This document shows, piece after piece, positions 24,876 to 38,075 of a stretch of 64,000 nt of DNA (positions are counted from its first letter, which is position 1; every line of letters begins with the position of its first letter). A program made the position numbers and the translations under genes. The notes beneath the pieces are model-generated. The model saw only the letters and a list, made by a program, of their open reading frames with translations. It searched no databases and was not told the DNA's origin. The DNA comes from Camelus ferus (Eukaryota): the NCBI RefSeq assembly GCF_009834535.1, contig NC_045696.1:75084001-75148000 (forward strand), written 5' to 3'.

Positions 24876-26772
24876 GTACCCCGTGGATTTCCACATACCT
24901 TGGCTGCGTTCTGCAGATTGTCTCCTCTATTTTTGTTTCCTTTAATGGTAATAGATAGCCCTGAGAATTCGGGGGTAGCTGTCATTCTGTTGAATTGGTC
25001 TAGTGGCTTTTCAAGCTGGTGTTTATTTCAGGCCTTGTTTACTTATTTATTTATTTATTTCCTATTTAGTATATTATTTGTTTTGATTTTAAACCAAGTG
25101 TATGCTTTAAGGTCTCTGGTCATAGTACCTTTATGCTTCTGGTTATTTGCCAGCTGAGAAATTTAAACATTAAAATGGGCTATTTGGTTTAAAGTTGCAC
25201 CATATTAAATCTCCATTTATTGGGAAAAATAAAAAGATTGTAGCAGTGAGTGTTTAACCAGGGTAGTGAGTCAGAATTACCTGGGGAGTTTTTATAAAAT
25301 ACGCATGGCTGAACCATGACTTAGAGATCTTCAGTTAGTTAATTGAGAGTGGGACTCTGACATATGTGTGTTTTGAAAATGCTTCCTCAGTGGTTCTTAT
25401 ATATAGCTTCAGTTCAGAACTGCTAGTTGACAAGAGTGTTTTCTGCTTTTTCCGATTAGCTTCCCTAGGGAGAGTAGGACTGCATGGTCCCTCCCCTTCC
25501 CCCAGCCTCCCACGCATACCCGTAGGAGCAGAGGTCATTTGTGTGAACAGTAAAACGGACAGCCTTCCCTTAACTGGGAAGACAGAGAAGCATAGAAAAA
25601 GGGGACATATAAAAAGCATAATGCAATATGATTAATAAAAGACAAAACATATACCAGGTCACTGCAATAAATGTAAGCTTACTAAAGTCCCAGTTAAAAG
25701 AAAAAGACTGTAAGATTAAATAAAAAATACTCAACTGAAGTGAAGGAAACCTGTGTTAATATTAGATTAAAAAACTAGGACAGAAGGCAGTTTAGACTCA
25801 TGTTCTCTGATCAGAGTACAATTAAATGAGATGTCAGTTATAAAAATCTGAATAAGCAAACAAAATTTTTATGTGTTTGGAAAATTTTAAACATATCTAA
25901 ATAACTCATGGGCCACAGAAGAAATCATACTGGTAATTGAAAATTCTTAGAACCAAACAGTAATAAAAATGTATCAAAATTTGTAGCATGCAGTTAAAGT
26001 AATATTTTGAGAAAAGCCTTAAATATTTATTACTATACTAGAAAAGAAAAACAGAAAATTATTGAACTTAGTTATGTAAAAAAAGAAAATAAAATTATCA
26101 ATAATTCTACCAACATTTTTGTATATATCATTCCAGTTCTTTGTGTATATTACTTCTGTAAAATAGAGATTTGATCATATTTTATGATATTCTTATTTTA
26201 CTTAATAGCATATTATAATCAAATATTATAATTAAAGAATTTTCTATAACATTGTTTTTAGTGACTGTATAGTTTTTCATTGCATTCATCACTTAATTTT
26301 TTGAGTCATATTTTTGGATCTTTCCTTTTCCCTCACCCCCCCAAAAAAAAGCTTTTATCAAGTCTAATGAAATAAATATCCTTGCTGATAAATCTCTGTG
26401 CAAAAATTCTCAACATTTTCTTAGTATAATTCTTAGAAGTAGAATCGGATTAAAGAATTAGCATAATCATACAACTCTTGATATGCTTGGAAATTATTTT
26501 TTAAATTATATTCACTTTTTAGAGACATTGCCATTTAGAGTTTGGGTTTGGCCCTACAGTAACGTTTCTGACAATGGTTGGAGGAATCATTTTAGTTTTT
26601 AAGATTGAATCTGAATAAACTTGTAATTTCAAAAACCCATTAACATTACATTCTTTTAAAGCTAGGAATCTATACTTTCAGCTTGGAGTTACAAATTATA
26701 GTGATAATTGGTCAGCCTCCATTCACTTGGTGAATATTTTGAGGTGAATACATTATTTTTGTCTTTTTTTAG

Positions 26773-26984
26773 CAGGTCCTTACTTCAATCCCCGCTCTCG
26801 GCAGAGAATTCCACGTGATCTTGCCATGTGCGTTACTCCAAGTGGCCAGTTTTACTGCTCCATGTGTAACGTTGGGGCTGGTGAAGAAGTGGAGTTCCGG
26901 CAGCATTTGGAGAGCAAGCAACATAAAAGCAAGGTGTCTGAACAGCGGTACAGGAATGAGATGGAGAATCTGGGCTACGTATAA
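26773..26984 (+). CDS. ZMAT3: ZMAT3 exon 6, coding part; zinc finger 3 and stop
   Basis: Acceptor tttTAG|CAG|. Encodes AGPYFNPRSRQRIPRDLAMCVTPSGQFYCSMCNVGAGEEVEFRQHLESKQHKSKVSEQRYRNEMENLGYV*. The exons sum to 870 nt, which is 289 aa plus TAA. Confidence 0.97.
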
Positions 26985-29900
26985 TGATTGTCATATTCAA
27001 GTAGAGAGCTTGTCCTGCCTGTGGTTTGCCTTCTGTCAACATGCCCTGCTTTGTGATTCTTTTGATATGAGTACATTTCTCTGCCTAATGTTAATACATG
27101 TAACCTTGCAGTGGTACCATGAGGGGTCAAAACTGGAGAATGAAGAGAACGTACTTAAGTCATGATGTTTTTTCAGGTCAGTTGCGTTGAGCTGCTTAGA
27201 GCCTGTGACCTACCTACCCCATGAGAAATAACTTATCTTGACCAAGTTCTGGTCAACTGTAGCCTGACCACTTAGAGCTTTAACTATTTAAAAACTTTGT
27301 CTTTTTTTTTTTTCAACTTTAGTGTAATGTACTGTTAAATAAATAATTGTATTGAATTCTTCAGATCACAGTGAAAACAGGTAAGCAGAGGTTTCAGTTT
27401 TCCAAGGCTTCTTTGGAATCCACCTCAACTCGATGTATTTTCCATAGAATTCACTGTATAAACTGCAATAGAGTCCTTCTCAGGATAGTTTTTATCATGT
27501 CCCCCCTTTACTGACATGCAGGTTTTCTTGGATTCAGACATTCCTAATGTGCTTGTGTACTTCAAAAGAGTGAAACTTCATTTCCAGCTTTCAGTTTCAC
27601 ACATTTTAATTCACCTTCTTTCATCCTCTTTTTCTCTCCCCTAGTTGAATTAGCTTATCTAATAAGTTCATTTTCATGGCCCAGCTATGTTGTAGGTTTT
27701 CCAAGCCCCACATTTGAATATCCAGTGAGTTTTTATATATGTATTTTTTCATCTGGTTTTAGGAAATGAAATATGTGTTTGATTTTTCACTTGAGTTATT
27801 TCATGATAATAACATGTACTTATATGATGACCTCCACCATATGTTCTGATCTCTTAATATTTGTCTTGGTAAACTTTTTAAGATAAACTGATCCTTACAT
27901 TTTACTTACATTCTTTTTTGTCTTGCTAGTTTGTTGACTGTCCTGAAAAATACCATGACCTTACTGTTTCCCAGATGCAGAGGAATTTTTTTTAAGTTAG
28001 TCAAATTTCAGTATCATCATTTCTAATAGAAAAATACATGAACTTTGGCTTTATCCTTTATGATTCAGCTTCCTTGAAGATAATGAAAATATATTATAGA
28101 TTACTTTCATATCTAATAATTACAACAGTATTATTATTTTTGTTCTGTTTTTTTAAAAATAGCTCTAGTGTTATACTTAGATTAACTAATAGAGGACTCT
28201 CTGAACTTTCATTAACTGTATTTACCTATTTACTGTATTGACGTGGATAAGACCGTAAGTTCATCTCTACTTTTTTGAAAGGTCACGTTCACCAGGAACT
28301 TTATATTGAGCAGTATCTTTGCACTATGGTAAATTCACTTTTTATTGCTTATATTACTAATTAAAAATAAAACTCCTAATCTTCCTTGAGAATTCTATAG
28401 GCAAAGAGTTGGGGAGAAGGAAAATTATAATCATCATTCCTTTCCTTTAGAACTTCTGAACAATTTTTGAACAATCTAGACCCATATTTAAAATTCAGTT
28501 TTGTAATTAACCTCTGGTACACTAACAAGTTACTGTTCCATTGAAGTGGTGGTTTTTTGAAAAGCAGAATTGTTTAGTAATTTTATTTTCTCCCAGAAAC
28601 AAAAGAATGAAATAATGTTCTGTTGAGTTCTCGCTACATCTGTGACTCTTAGTATGATAACCCTTTTTCCAGTAATCTGTGAAGTATAATTGATTATTTT
28701 AGGGCAATTTAGAGCTTATCTTATTGGTCAGTAGTTTACTCATTTTGCTGCTAAGTATACTTTTTTGGTAGATTTTAATATTACAGTGCTGGCCACATGG
28801 CTCTATGATTATTTAAAAACCTCACTTTCCCTCCTCTCTTTGTATGTATATGTATGTGTGTATATATATATGTATTTATATACATATACACACACACACA
28901 TATATAACTGTGTATATATAATTTTGTGTGATACCATAGAGAAAATTTCATCAAATCTTTATTTCAGATAATAGTAAAAGATTGTGGATAAGAACTTACA
29001 TTTTGTGAAAGTGGCATTCATCCACTTTCAGTTTTTCCTTAGCAAATAAAATTAGAGGAAAGATTTGCCCTACTCTCCCCACTTAACAATTTCATATATA
29101 AATACACACACACACACACACAAAGCAGTGGACTTAAGGCCTTGAAGGTTATCCTGGCCTTGCATATTCAGGTTTCTAGTCTCTCAGTGCCCTTAATGGA
29201 TGTTATGAATGCATAAACGCATTTTCTTTTAAAGAAGACAGTTAGATTTATAGCGTTATTTCTTACTTGTTATATTTCTTTGCACTAAAAAAGAGCTATG
29301 TGTTTGTTTTATATGACACTTTAAATACCATATTGCCTACAATAGCTCAGTTTGCTCCTTAATTTCTAGGAAGTTGATAACTTCCAGGATCATTTATAGA
29401 GATTATATACACATCCCATCCCCCCCAGAAAAATCACAGATCTCTGTGATAATGGGTTGTGTTTTGGGCTTGTTACCTTGCAATAGTCTCCTGTGTTCCT
29501 TAAGTGAAACAAAAGGTGACAGAGATGTCACAAAGGAAACGCCTAAATAAATCCATCTCTGCATGGTACAGTTTCTCATACTCATGCATTCCTTAAAGAC
29601 AGTGTTTTTCCCTGTCAAAGAAGGCTGTGGTTACTACTGCAGTCAGTGATATGTGATCTCCATTGATTTCATTTTGTGAAATTGAGTCCTGTTCTGTAAT
29701 GTGCTTTAAAATTTGCAGCCTGTGCTCCCCAGGAATGATACTAGTATCTTTTTTATGTTGTGTACAAGGATGGACAAGAGGCCTAATCAACGGAAAACCT
29801 TTAGCCAAATAAGTCAAATAGATTCCAGTATTCATCTGCAAGAACGCATAGCATCAAAGTCTCTTTTCCCTGTGACTATCTGTGTGTAAGTTGTCATTTC

Positions 29901-32900
29901 AAAACTCAATGTTAGAAGATAACAATTAGAAACTCTTCGAAGATATTGAGGGCAAGAAATTGTAAAGGAAAAAATTTCAGTGTTCCAATTAAAAGATTGG
30001 ATTGCTTATGCCTTCAAAGTGGTTTTTTTTTAAAGTTCAGCTGCACAACTGAGTGTGCCAGGTAATCCTTTAGACTCTACGTTGAACAGAAAATACTTTA
30101 TTGGTCTCATCTTTGTGTATCATGTATTACAACTTGTAAATATGTGCATGTTGTTTAGGACATTTGTCTGCTTGTCTCTTATTGCACTGAATTCTGCAAG
30201 GTGAATAGTTGTTTTATACCATTCATTTTGAAAAAGTTCCTCCTCCAACTCTTCCTCTCTATTTCCCCATTTCATTAGTTGGTGAGCCTAGAAAACTGTT
30301 TAGAGTTTTTGAAACCCTGAGACTGGATGAAGAATCATGGCAATCTGAGACCATCCTTATGTCCCTCTGACTTAAACAGCTAAAAGGAAAGCATGACATT
30401 GTCCACCTTACTTTACAAAGCTCTTCTGCAAAACTGTGTGCTTGCTTATGGCTACCTATCTGTACTTTGAACAAAGATAAATGGATATGTGTGTCTATAC
30501 CTGGTTAAATCTTCCTCCGCAGATAGATTCTAAGGATTAGTGGTGGGATTAATGATTGCTTCACTCCTGAATTGGCTGGGACTGTGAGCAATGACAGTTT
30601 GAGGACTGTCCAGTGACCCATATAAAATGAGTCTCGCTTGTCCAGGGGAGACATGTAACTGTTCTGCATAGTATCCTCTACACACGGGCTTAGGAGTGAT
30701 GGATTTGGAACCTAATGTGTTTAGTTTCCTCAGTGTCAGAACATAGGCTGGGAGTACTTTCTAAAAAATTTGGTGGCACATATACTAAAGACAACAGAGG
30801 TGCTTTAGAAATAGAGAAATGTTTTGTTAGTAGTAGGTAAAAATTTAGTGTGGGCCTCTGAATAGTTATTTTGAAAATATTCCACCCTACCAAATTTTTT
30901 TTTTTTAACCAGCCAAGTCACCATTCAGGAGTTTCATACATAGTAAAGAGTGCTTAAGAATGCTTTGTTTTTGCTTTAGGGCTTTTTTTTTGGCAGTGAA
31001 CTCCATTGTGAGCTATTACTATCAATCTAACTGAATGGACAAATAGCTGTGTAAATAGCTTCTCATACGACATTTCTACTGATAACTGACTGTGTCTTCC
31101 CGTTATGAATGGGAGGATCATTTATCAACTCCCTTTCTGGGTGGCTACCAAAAAAACACTGGCTTATGGTCCCATGTGACCCTGTCTCCGTTAAGCCCAG
31201 AATATGAGTGCCTTTAGCAAGTTTTAGCATTTCACAGAGAGATGATAGAGTTATTGCCATTAATCACAATTCATAAAACAGGAGCTTAGGGATAGCAAAG
31301 GTTTGTGTGAATTCTATGTTCTACATCTTTTTTGTTTCTTCATGCAATCTCAATTTGATATTGAGTAAAACTCTTTAATACTTAGTAACTGTGCTAGTTC
31401 ATCTCTATATTAAAAACAGGCATCTTCACAAATCAGGTTCAAGATATTTTAAAGCAAAATATTCCCGCTTAATTTAAAATTCTAAATTGCCTGAGTACTT
31501 TGAATTTTTAAAACACACTGCTAAATTAATTTTATTGTAGAAATACTAACATTTTCCTCAACATTTTATTATGAAAAATTTAAAACATCCATTAGAGTTG
31601 AAAAATTTTACAGTATACCCACCGCTAGGTTTTACCGTCAACATTTTATTGTACTTGCATTCCTGCATTTCTGTCTGAACCTATATTCACCCATCAAACA
31701 ATGGAGTGTTTAAAAATACACATTTTAATGTAAATTTCAGATGTTATTTTTCCCTTAAACAGTTCAGCATAGGTGTTATTAACTAGAGTTTAACATTTGT
31801 TTGAATATTAAAATCTTTTAAAAAGCAGTGTGTGAAGTTGATAACCTGAGCCAATTAACATAGGTCTTTGTCTCTTGTGGACTCTGGCTTTCCAGTTTCT
31901 GTTTTTGTATGTGCTTCAAGTGAGGGGAGACTCCTTTTCAAACTGAAGTTTTCTAGGGTTGGTCATTTTAAATGCTTCATTGTCATACATTTTAAAGCTT
32001 CACGATAAGAATTTTTTCTTAACCCCTCCTCTTATGATGTATTTTTGCTGAACTATGCAGCTTCTTTAAAAAAAAAACTGTAAATGACCAGTTAGGGTTT
32101 ATTAAATCAGCTTATACCTCATTTCAATCTATGGCTGCTTTTTCCTTGGTGTCCTTTCTCCTTTTACTGCTTTCACCTGTTCTACTGGGAAGTAGAGATG
32201 CGTGAAGAGTCAACCCCACAGATGATTAGCTGTATTAAACAACTCTAGAACTGATTAAGTAGTTGAGAAAGTTGAAACCATTAATTTATCCAAAGCCTTT
32301 GAATTCCTTCAGAATTCTAACTGCCCATGCCCTCTCTCCAGCCATAATTAGCAGGATTAAAAATGATTGTACTGTACACTGAGTTGTTGAAATTGTGAGC
32401 CTTAGTAACCATCTTTAGCTTTACTCTAGTCCTGTTTAGGAAAAAAAAATTGACATATACCTTTATTTTTATGCCTTTTTTTTGTGTATGTGGACAAAAT
32501 GTGAAGAATTTAAGTGACTTGTTGGGAAGATTCAGTGGGTAAGTCAGAACTGAAACTTCAGTATTCCTGATTCATATTCTTGTGCTTGTTTAATAAGATT
32601 CATGGCTTTCAAAATAACTAAACACTTCCTTTGGGACCCTTAAAGTGAAAATGTGTATTTTTACTAATTAGACTTTTATTTTTCAACATTTCACAATTCT
32701 TTGAACTTTGAAATTTTTGCATGAATTTTCCTCATTGAATCAATGCAGCTGCTAAAAATCTCACTTTGCTTTTGAATCCTAACTAATAATACAGGTTTTA
32801 TCAGATTTCCTTTTGCATTTAAATAACCCTCATGATTCACTCATAATTTTCTATGTAAGTGCTTAAGTGACCCCCTCACTAGTGAAAAGAAATGTTCTAT

Positions 32901-33920
32901 ATCACTGATTATATGTATATTCTCTACGTGATATATTTTTTTAAGGAAAAGTAACCCCATCCCATGTGTCCAGATGAACGATATTACCTAGGGCAAAGCA
33001 CACATGAAGTGGTTTATTTCTACTCTGAAAATCTGGCATTTACGGGAACAAAACTCTTTTAGAGTGGCTGGTCATTGTTTTACCTTCTTTTGGTACTTGA
33101 GCACCTTTCTGTGGTTTTGTAAATTAGTCTGTCATTTTGTAAGAATTTCATGTTGATTCTGTGTTCCTTGGTGTTCCCCTTGTGGTATCCTCAGCTGATC
33201 ATCATAATTTAATTTGGGTATGGTTGTGTGTCTGCTTTGAAATGCCTTACTAGAGCATGTCAGACTCTGCTCTGAAGCATTCCGTGTATCTGCTAGGACA
33301 GCAAGTTGCCTCTCTTGGATGTATGTTGCCTCTCTGGATGTATCCAGAAGCAAAACTGATTTTGCTTTCACTGTTAAGGTTGCATTTTAGTGCAGATACT
33401 GTTTTAAATTAGAGAATAAAATCATGGAAAACCAAGGGGGGACTTTAGAACCCTTCATCTAACGGCATGGCAAACTTTTAAAACTGCTTTTGCTATTTCA
33501 CTAGAACAATGCCTCTGGTAGAGGATAGAGCTAAAAAATGCCAGCCCAAACTGTATGAAATTGGGACTGTTTCCCACAGTTTTCTCTAAATGTCATACAG
33601 GGGTTTAACATCTGTGTATATGTTTCCCAGTGACTACTGGGGAAATCTGTGCTCTGAGGCTTCATAAATGACAAACGTGTCATGAGGTTAAAACCAATCA
33701 ACTGTGAATTGTGAAATTGAAATTGCTCTTTTGGTTTTATTTTATTCAGCATATTGAATAGAGGAATCTGAAAGTTATTCAAAATTTACACTGCTTATGT
33801 TGATGGCTCATTTTGGCTGTGTATCCTCACTTATGTACTGATTTCTGATAAAGGCTTGACGTTATTATGACAGTCATTTTGTGTTCAATTTAATAAAAAG
33901 TTTCTGAGTCTTGTCTGCAA
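26985..33920 (+). other. ZMAT3: ZMAT3 long 3' UTR (~6.9 kb; end inferred)
   Basis: AU-rich and poor in interspersed repeats. Ends at AATAAA 33892-33897 followed by GT-rich sequence. Mammalian ZMAT3 is known for a multi-kb 3' UTR. Confidence 0.65.
33892..33897 (+). terminator. Probable distal poly(A) signal of ZMAT3
   Basis: AATAAA with upstream TGTA motifs (33821, 33834) and a downstream T/GT-rich tract (ttgtctgcaaattgtttggtt). Confidence 0.65.
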
Positions 33921-35080
33921 ATTGTTTGGTTATGAGTGGGAGATCAAGGGAAGCAGGTACTCAGCACCGAGGTGCTGAGGTGTTATTTTTGATGCAGATG
34001 GTTGATGGCAGTGTATTCACCATTCGTCAGTCTGCACATACGTGTTCTGCCACCTGCTTCTTGAACTCACGCAGAGTGTTGTCAGCTCTTGGGCTTGCCG
34101 TAGAATTGACCCAGCTGCCCACACTACCCATTCCCCCCGTCTCTGAAAGTTAGCCTGGGACTAGAGCAAGTTCTTAATTTTATTGGTATATTTTAAAGTT
34201 TATCTTCCCTTCAAATTCTGAGCAAAGTTAGGCTTAGCGCGACCATAACTGCTGCTTCTGGAAATAAACACGTTAAAAAGGCATATATGCCCACCAATCC
34301 TTTGGGTGTTTCACATGTAAAATACTCTTACAAATATAATCAGCTTATATAAACAATATATTGAGGTATGGTCTTTTAAGCATTCTGGTTAGCTGTATGC
34401 AATGTGCTTTAGAATTTAAATGCTCATTTGAAAAAGAAGATTATAGGGCTGGAAGGTGCTGTTACGGTTTGTTTAGTCAGGATGCAAGACACATACACTT
34501 ACTGTCGTGGGAGAAATTCTTGTGTCTGCAAGGAAAAATGTTTCTGAATGAAGTGAAAGGATCACATTGAATCTGTCTGTGTGTTGTAAAATACTCAAGG
34601 CATCAGCACCTTTTATTAAATCATCTCCAAGGGATTTTTAGCGTGAAAGAAACCCATGCTAATGGGCATAAAAATAAAGTCTTAAACCACAAGAGCTTTT
34701 CTTCCTTCAGGCATTTCTGAGACTTATCTGTTTGATGAAAATCTATTCAAGGTCAAGCATGGGGTGTTATCTTTTAAAGTTGCCTATATGGAAAAGACTA
34801 GCATTGAATTTTCCCAACCTATTATAAATTGATAAAGGATTGTAAAGAGAGCAGAAATATATCTTCTTGTGATAAGTTTTAAGATTTTTATCATCTGAGT
34901 TGAGATTTAACCCACCAAGTTTTATTCCTATTTGTGAGATATTCATAAACTGTTGAAAATCAAGACCTTAGAAAAAGATGAAGGCAGGTAATTATTGTGA
35001 AATGTAAATATTATTTAATGGAGATGTGATTGAGTCCTTACCTTCACCAGAAAATAATCACCTAAAAAAAAATACACTGC

Positions 35081-35082
<2 letters not shown>

Positions 35083-35130
<48 letters not shown>
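35083..35130. repeat. (TG)24 microsatellite
   Basis: Perfect repeat, seen directly. Confidence 0.98.
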
Positions 35131-35132
<2 letters not shown>

Positions 35133-36599
35133 AAAGAGATATTGAGGGGGTGTATGTGGAAATATGTTTAAGGTGATCAAATACTTGTAATGAAGTATGT
35201 CCAAAGGAAAGAGATGGAAATTTGCCACTGGAAGAAATATGCTCCACCACGGGCAGTCTATAACTTCTGCTTGGCATTTCGGATAAATCTTGAAGTGTGT
35301 AATTAGAGTTTCAAATGTTGGCTGGCAGCCACTCCTCCAGACAGGAACAAGATGTCTTTCATGTTAGCTTCAGGTTTTAATCTTTGCTGGTGCCAGAGGC
35401 TCTTCTCTATCCCTGTTTTCTAGAAATAGCTACTAGCTTATGGACTTTGACCAAAGGTATCTAGTGCCACCCTGTGGACTCTCTAAATCTTACAGTTAGT
35501 CATTTGTGTGGTTGGTATGCTCCCTTGGAAGCAGGATCTTTGGCTGAAAACCACCTAGTGGAAGAAAGGAGTTTTTATCCTTAAATAAAGCAAAGGCAGA
35601 CATATCTGGGAGATATTGAGGAGTGTATTCTTTTATGGCTTTAGTTGCTAAAGTGTGCAGAGCGGGAAAAGTGGTGGATCAGCCTTCAGGATACACATGT
35701 AGGTGTGTATGTATATAAACACATATGTGTGTGAGTGGGTTTTTTTTTTTATTTTTAAAAATGTCTATTTTGCTTTAAAAAAATCCATTATCCAAACATT
35801 TTTGGGTGTGTGAACAACAAACATGGAAACTAAATTAAAATGATAGTCAATGAAAGTCCCAAACTGGAAGGAAGGACTAGAAAAAAATCTCTCATCAAAG
35901 ACTGTTGAAAATTTAAAAGTTATATACAGGAGCAAATGTTAGCACAGGTGTAAATTGTGCTGAAAATATAAAACCTGTACTACATAATTCTAAGGTTTTC
36001 CCATACAATTTATTTTGGAGAACATAATGTTTTCTGATTCAATAAGCTAGCAGCACATTTTAAAGTCTTTTATTAAATTTCCAAACATTTAGAAGGAGAC
36101 ATTTTAAAGTCTTTTATTAAGTATTTCTAATGTTTAGAAAAAGTACACACTAAGATAACTGGTCCCTGTTCTGTCACCTGTGTGTTCTTGGGCATGTTAC
36201 TTAACCTCTCTAAAATTCAGTTACTCAGAATTGGAGTATGAGTTGTGAATTCTAGTCATTTATTTTCATCTCTCCTGGGAGTATGGGTAATTTGAGAACT
36301 GATCATTTAAAATCAGTTGAGGTTTTTGAATAGATAAGTCCTGAATTCATGCTCCCTTGTTTGCTTCCCTCGAGGCAATCACAGTTACCAGTTTCTTAGG
36401 TATTTTCCCAGAGATAGTCTATGCAATATGAATGGTGGCATTCCAAACACATTTTTTTCCAGTGACCAGTGTGCCTTGGCAATTATTCTATACAGTACAT
36501 ATGGATCTCATTCTTTTTGACTATGTGGTGTTGATTGTATGATTTCCAAAATTTCCTTTACTGGTCCTCTACTGACGGACATATAGAGTGAATTTTTTT

Positions 36600-37090
36600 T
36601 AGTTAAAAAACTTCTAAAATTGTGGTAAGATATACATAACATAAAGTGTATCATTTTAACCATTTTTAAGTCTACAGTTCAGTGGCATTAAGTACGTTCA
36701 CATTGTTGTACAACTGTCACCACCGTGCAACTCCAGAACTGTTTAAATCTTCCCAAACTGTAACTCCATAACTCATTAAAAAATGCTGTCTCCCTCGAGC
36801 ATGGCAACCACCATTCTACCTTCTGACTTTATGAATTTGACTACCCTATGGACCTCATGTAAGTGGAATCATACACTATTTGTCTTCTTGTGACTGTCTT
36901 ATTTCATTTAGCATAAGGTCCTTAAGGTTCATCATGTTACAGCATGTGTCAGAATTTCCTTTTTAGGCTAATACTCCTTTTTGTGTGTATACTACATTTT
37001 ATTTATTCACTCATGGTTTGATGAACACTTGGGTTGCTTCCACTTGTTGGCTATTGTGAAAAATGCTGCTATGAACGTGGGTGTACAAAA
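36600..37090 (-). mobile_element. L1M (L1MB-like) 3' end, antisense
   Basis: cattttaaccatttttaagt.tacagttcagtggcattaagtac.ttcacattgttgt...gacctcatgtaagtggaatcatac...ttggctattgtgaa are typical L1M 3' UTR motifs. Confidence 0.88.
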
Positions 37091-37624
37091 ATTAAAAACT
37101 TTAAAAATTATAAATTATTTCATATGCGCAAAGTATAGAGGCTAAGCAAAGAGGCATACATATACTCATCACTAAGCTCGCCAGCACCATCATCATTTTA
37201 TTCTGATATTTTTAGGAGAAAGAAAACATACAGATTCAGCTGAAGCCCACTGTGAACCCTTTCCCAATTCTAATCTCATCCCACACCAGATAAACTCTCA
37301 TCTTGAACTTGATATTTATTATTTCCATGTACAGTATTAATACCATATGTATTCATAAACAATACATAGTATTGTTTAGGCTTTCAGTATTAATATAAAT
37401 GGCATCATAACATGCAAATATCATTATTTTTCTTTTTTCTCAACACTTTTTGAGATTTATCTATCATGACACGTGTAACTATAGTTTATTCATTTAAAAT
37501 GCTGTATAGTGTCCCACTGTCTGCACCACAATTCATTCATCCTTCTGGACATGTAGGTTTTTTTTTATTATTTCCTTATAAGTAATACTGCAATGAATTT
37601 TTAAAAATTATCTCCATAGACTCT

Positions 37625-38075
37625 AGAAACTAGATCCTTACTGCAGCACCTTGAAACTTGTTAGAAATGCAGCATCTCAGGCTCCACTCCAGACCTACTA
37701 AATTAGAACCTATCTTTATGCAAGATCCCCAGCTGATTCGTAGGCAGGTTAAAGTCTGAGCAGTTAGTTGTTCTCAAACTTAGTCCCACAGCTGAATCAT
37801 CTGGGAAGTTAGATCCAACAGCAGTAACAATAACAGCAAACTTATATCTACTATATACCGCAGAGATTTTGATTTAATTGATTTATTTGCTCTAGGGTGT
37901 GCTGGGGTGTCCAGCGACTTTTAAAAGCTTCTTGGGGGTTGGTATAGCTCAGTGGTAGAGTGCATGCTTAGCATGCACGAGGTCCTGAGTTCAATCCCCA
38001 GTATCTCCATCAAAAAATAATGAAAAGCTGAGGTGATTTTAATATGTAGCCAAGATCTAGAATGACTGCTTGGAC
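37625..38075. mobile_element. MER5-type (hAT-Charlie) fragments interrupted by a SINE
   Basis: cttgttagaaatgcag.atctcaggctccactccagacctacta...aagatccccagctgattcgtag matches MER5 motifs. Confidence 0.7.
37934..38022 (+). mobile_element. tRNA-Ala(AGC)-derived SINE (camelid Vic-1-like), short copy
   Basis: ggtatagctcagtggtagagtgcatgcttAGCatgcacgaggtcctgagttcaatccccagtatctcca has A and B boxes, followed by an A-rich tail. Flanked by an AAAAGCT repeat. Confidence 0.85.

Noticed and set aside
24849..26772. ORFs in ZMAT3 intron 5 as extra exons or a nested gene
   Set aside because: Low-complexity hydrophobic translations that overlap MER5/L1 remnants. The 289-aa CDS is complete without them.
36055..36140. 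Direct repeat acattttaaagtcttttattaa x2 (~44-bp period)
   Set aside because: An ordinary local tandem duplication in AT-rich DNA with no functional signal.
37934..38010. Functional tRNA-Ala gene
   Set aside because: It has an altered 5' end, an A-rich tail instead of a poly-T terminator, a flanking direct repeat, and a related copy at 44191-44338. This fits a SINE.
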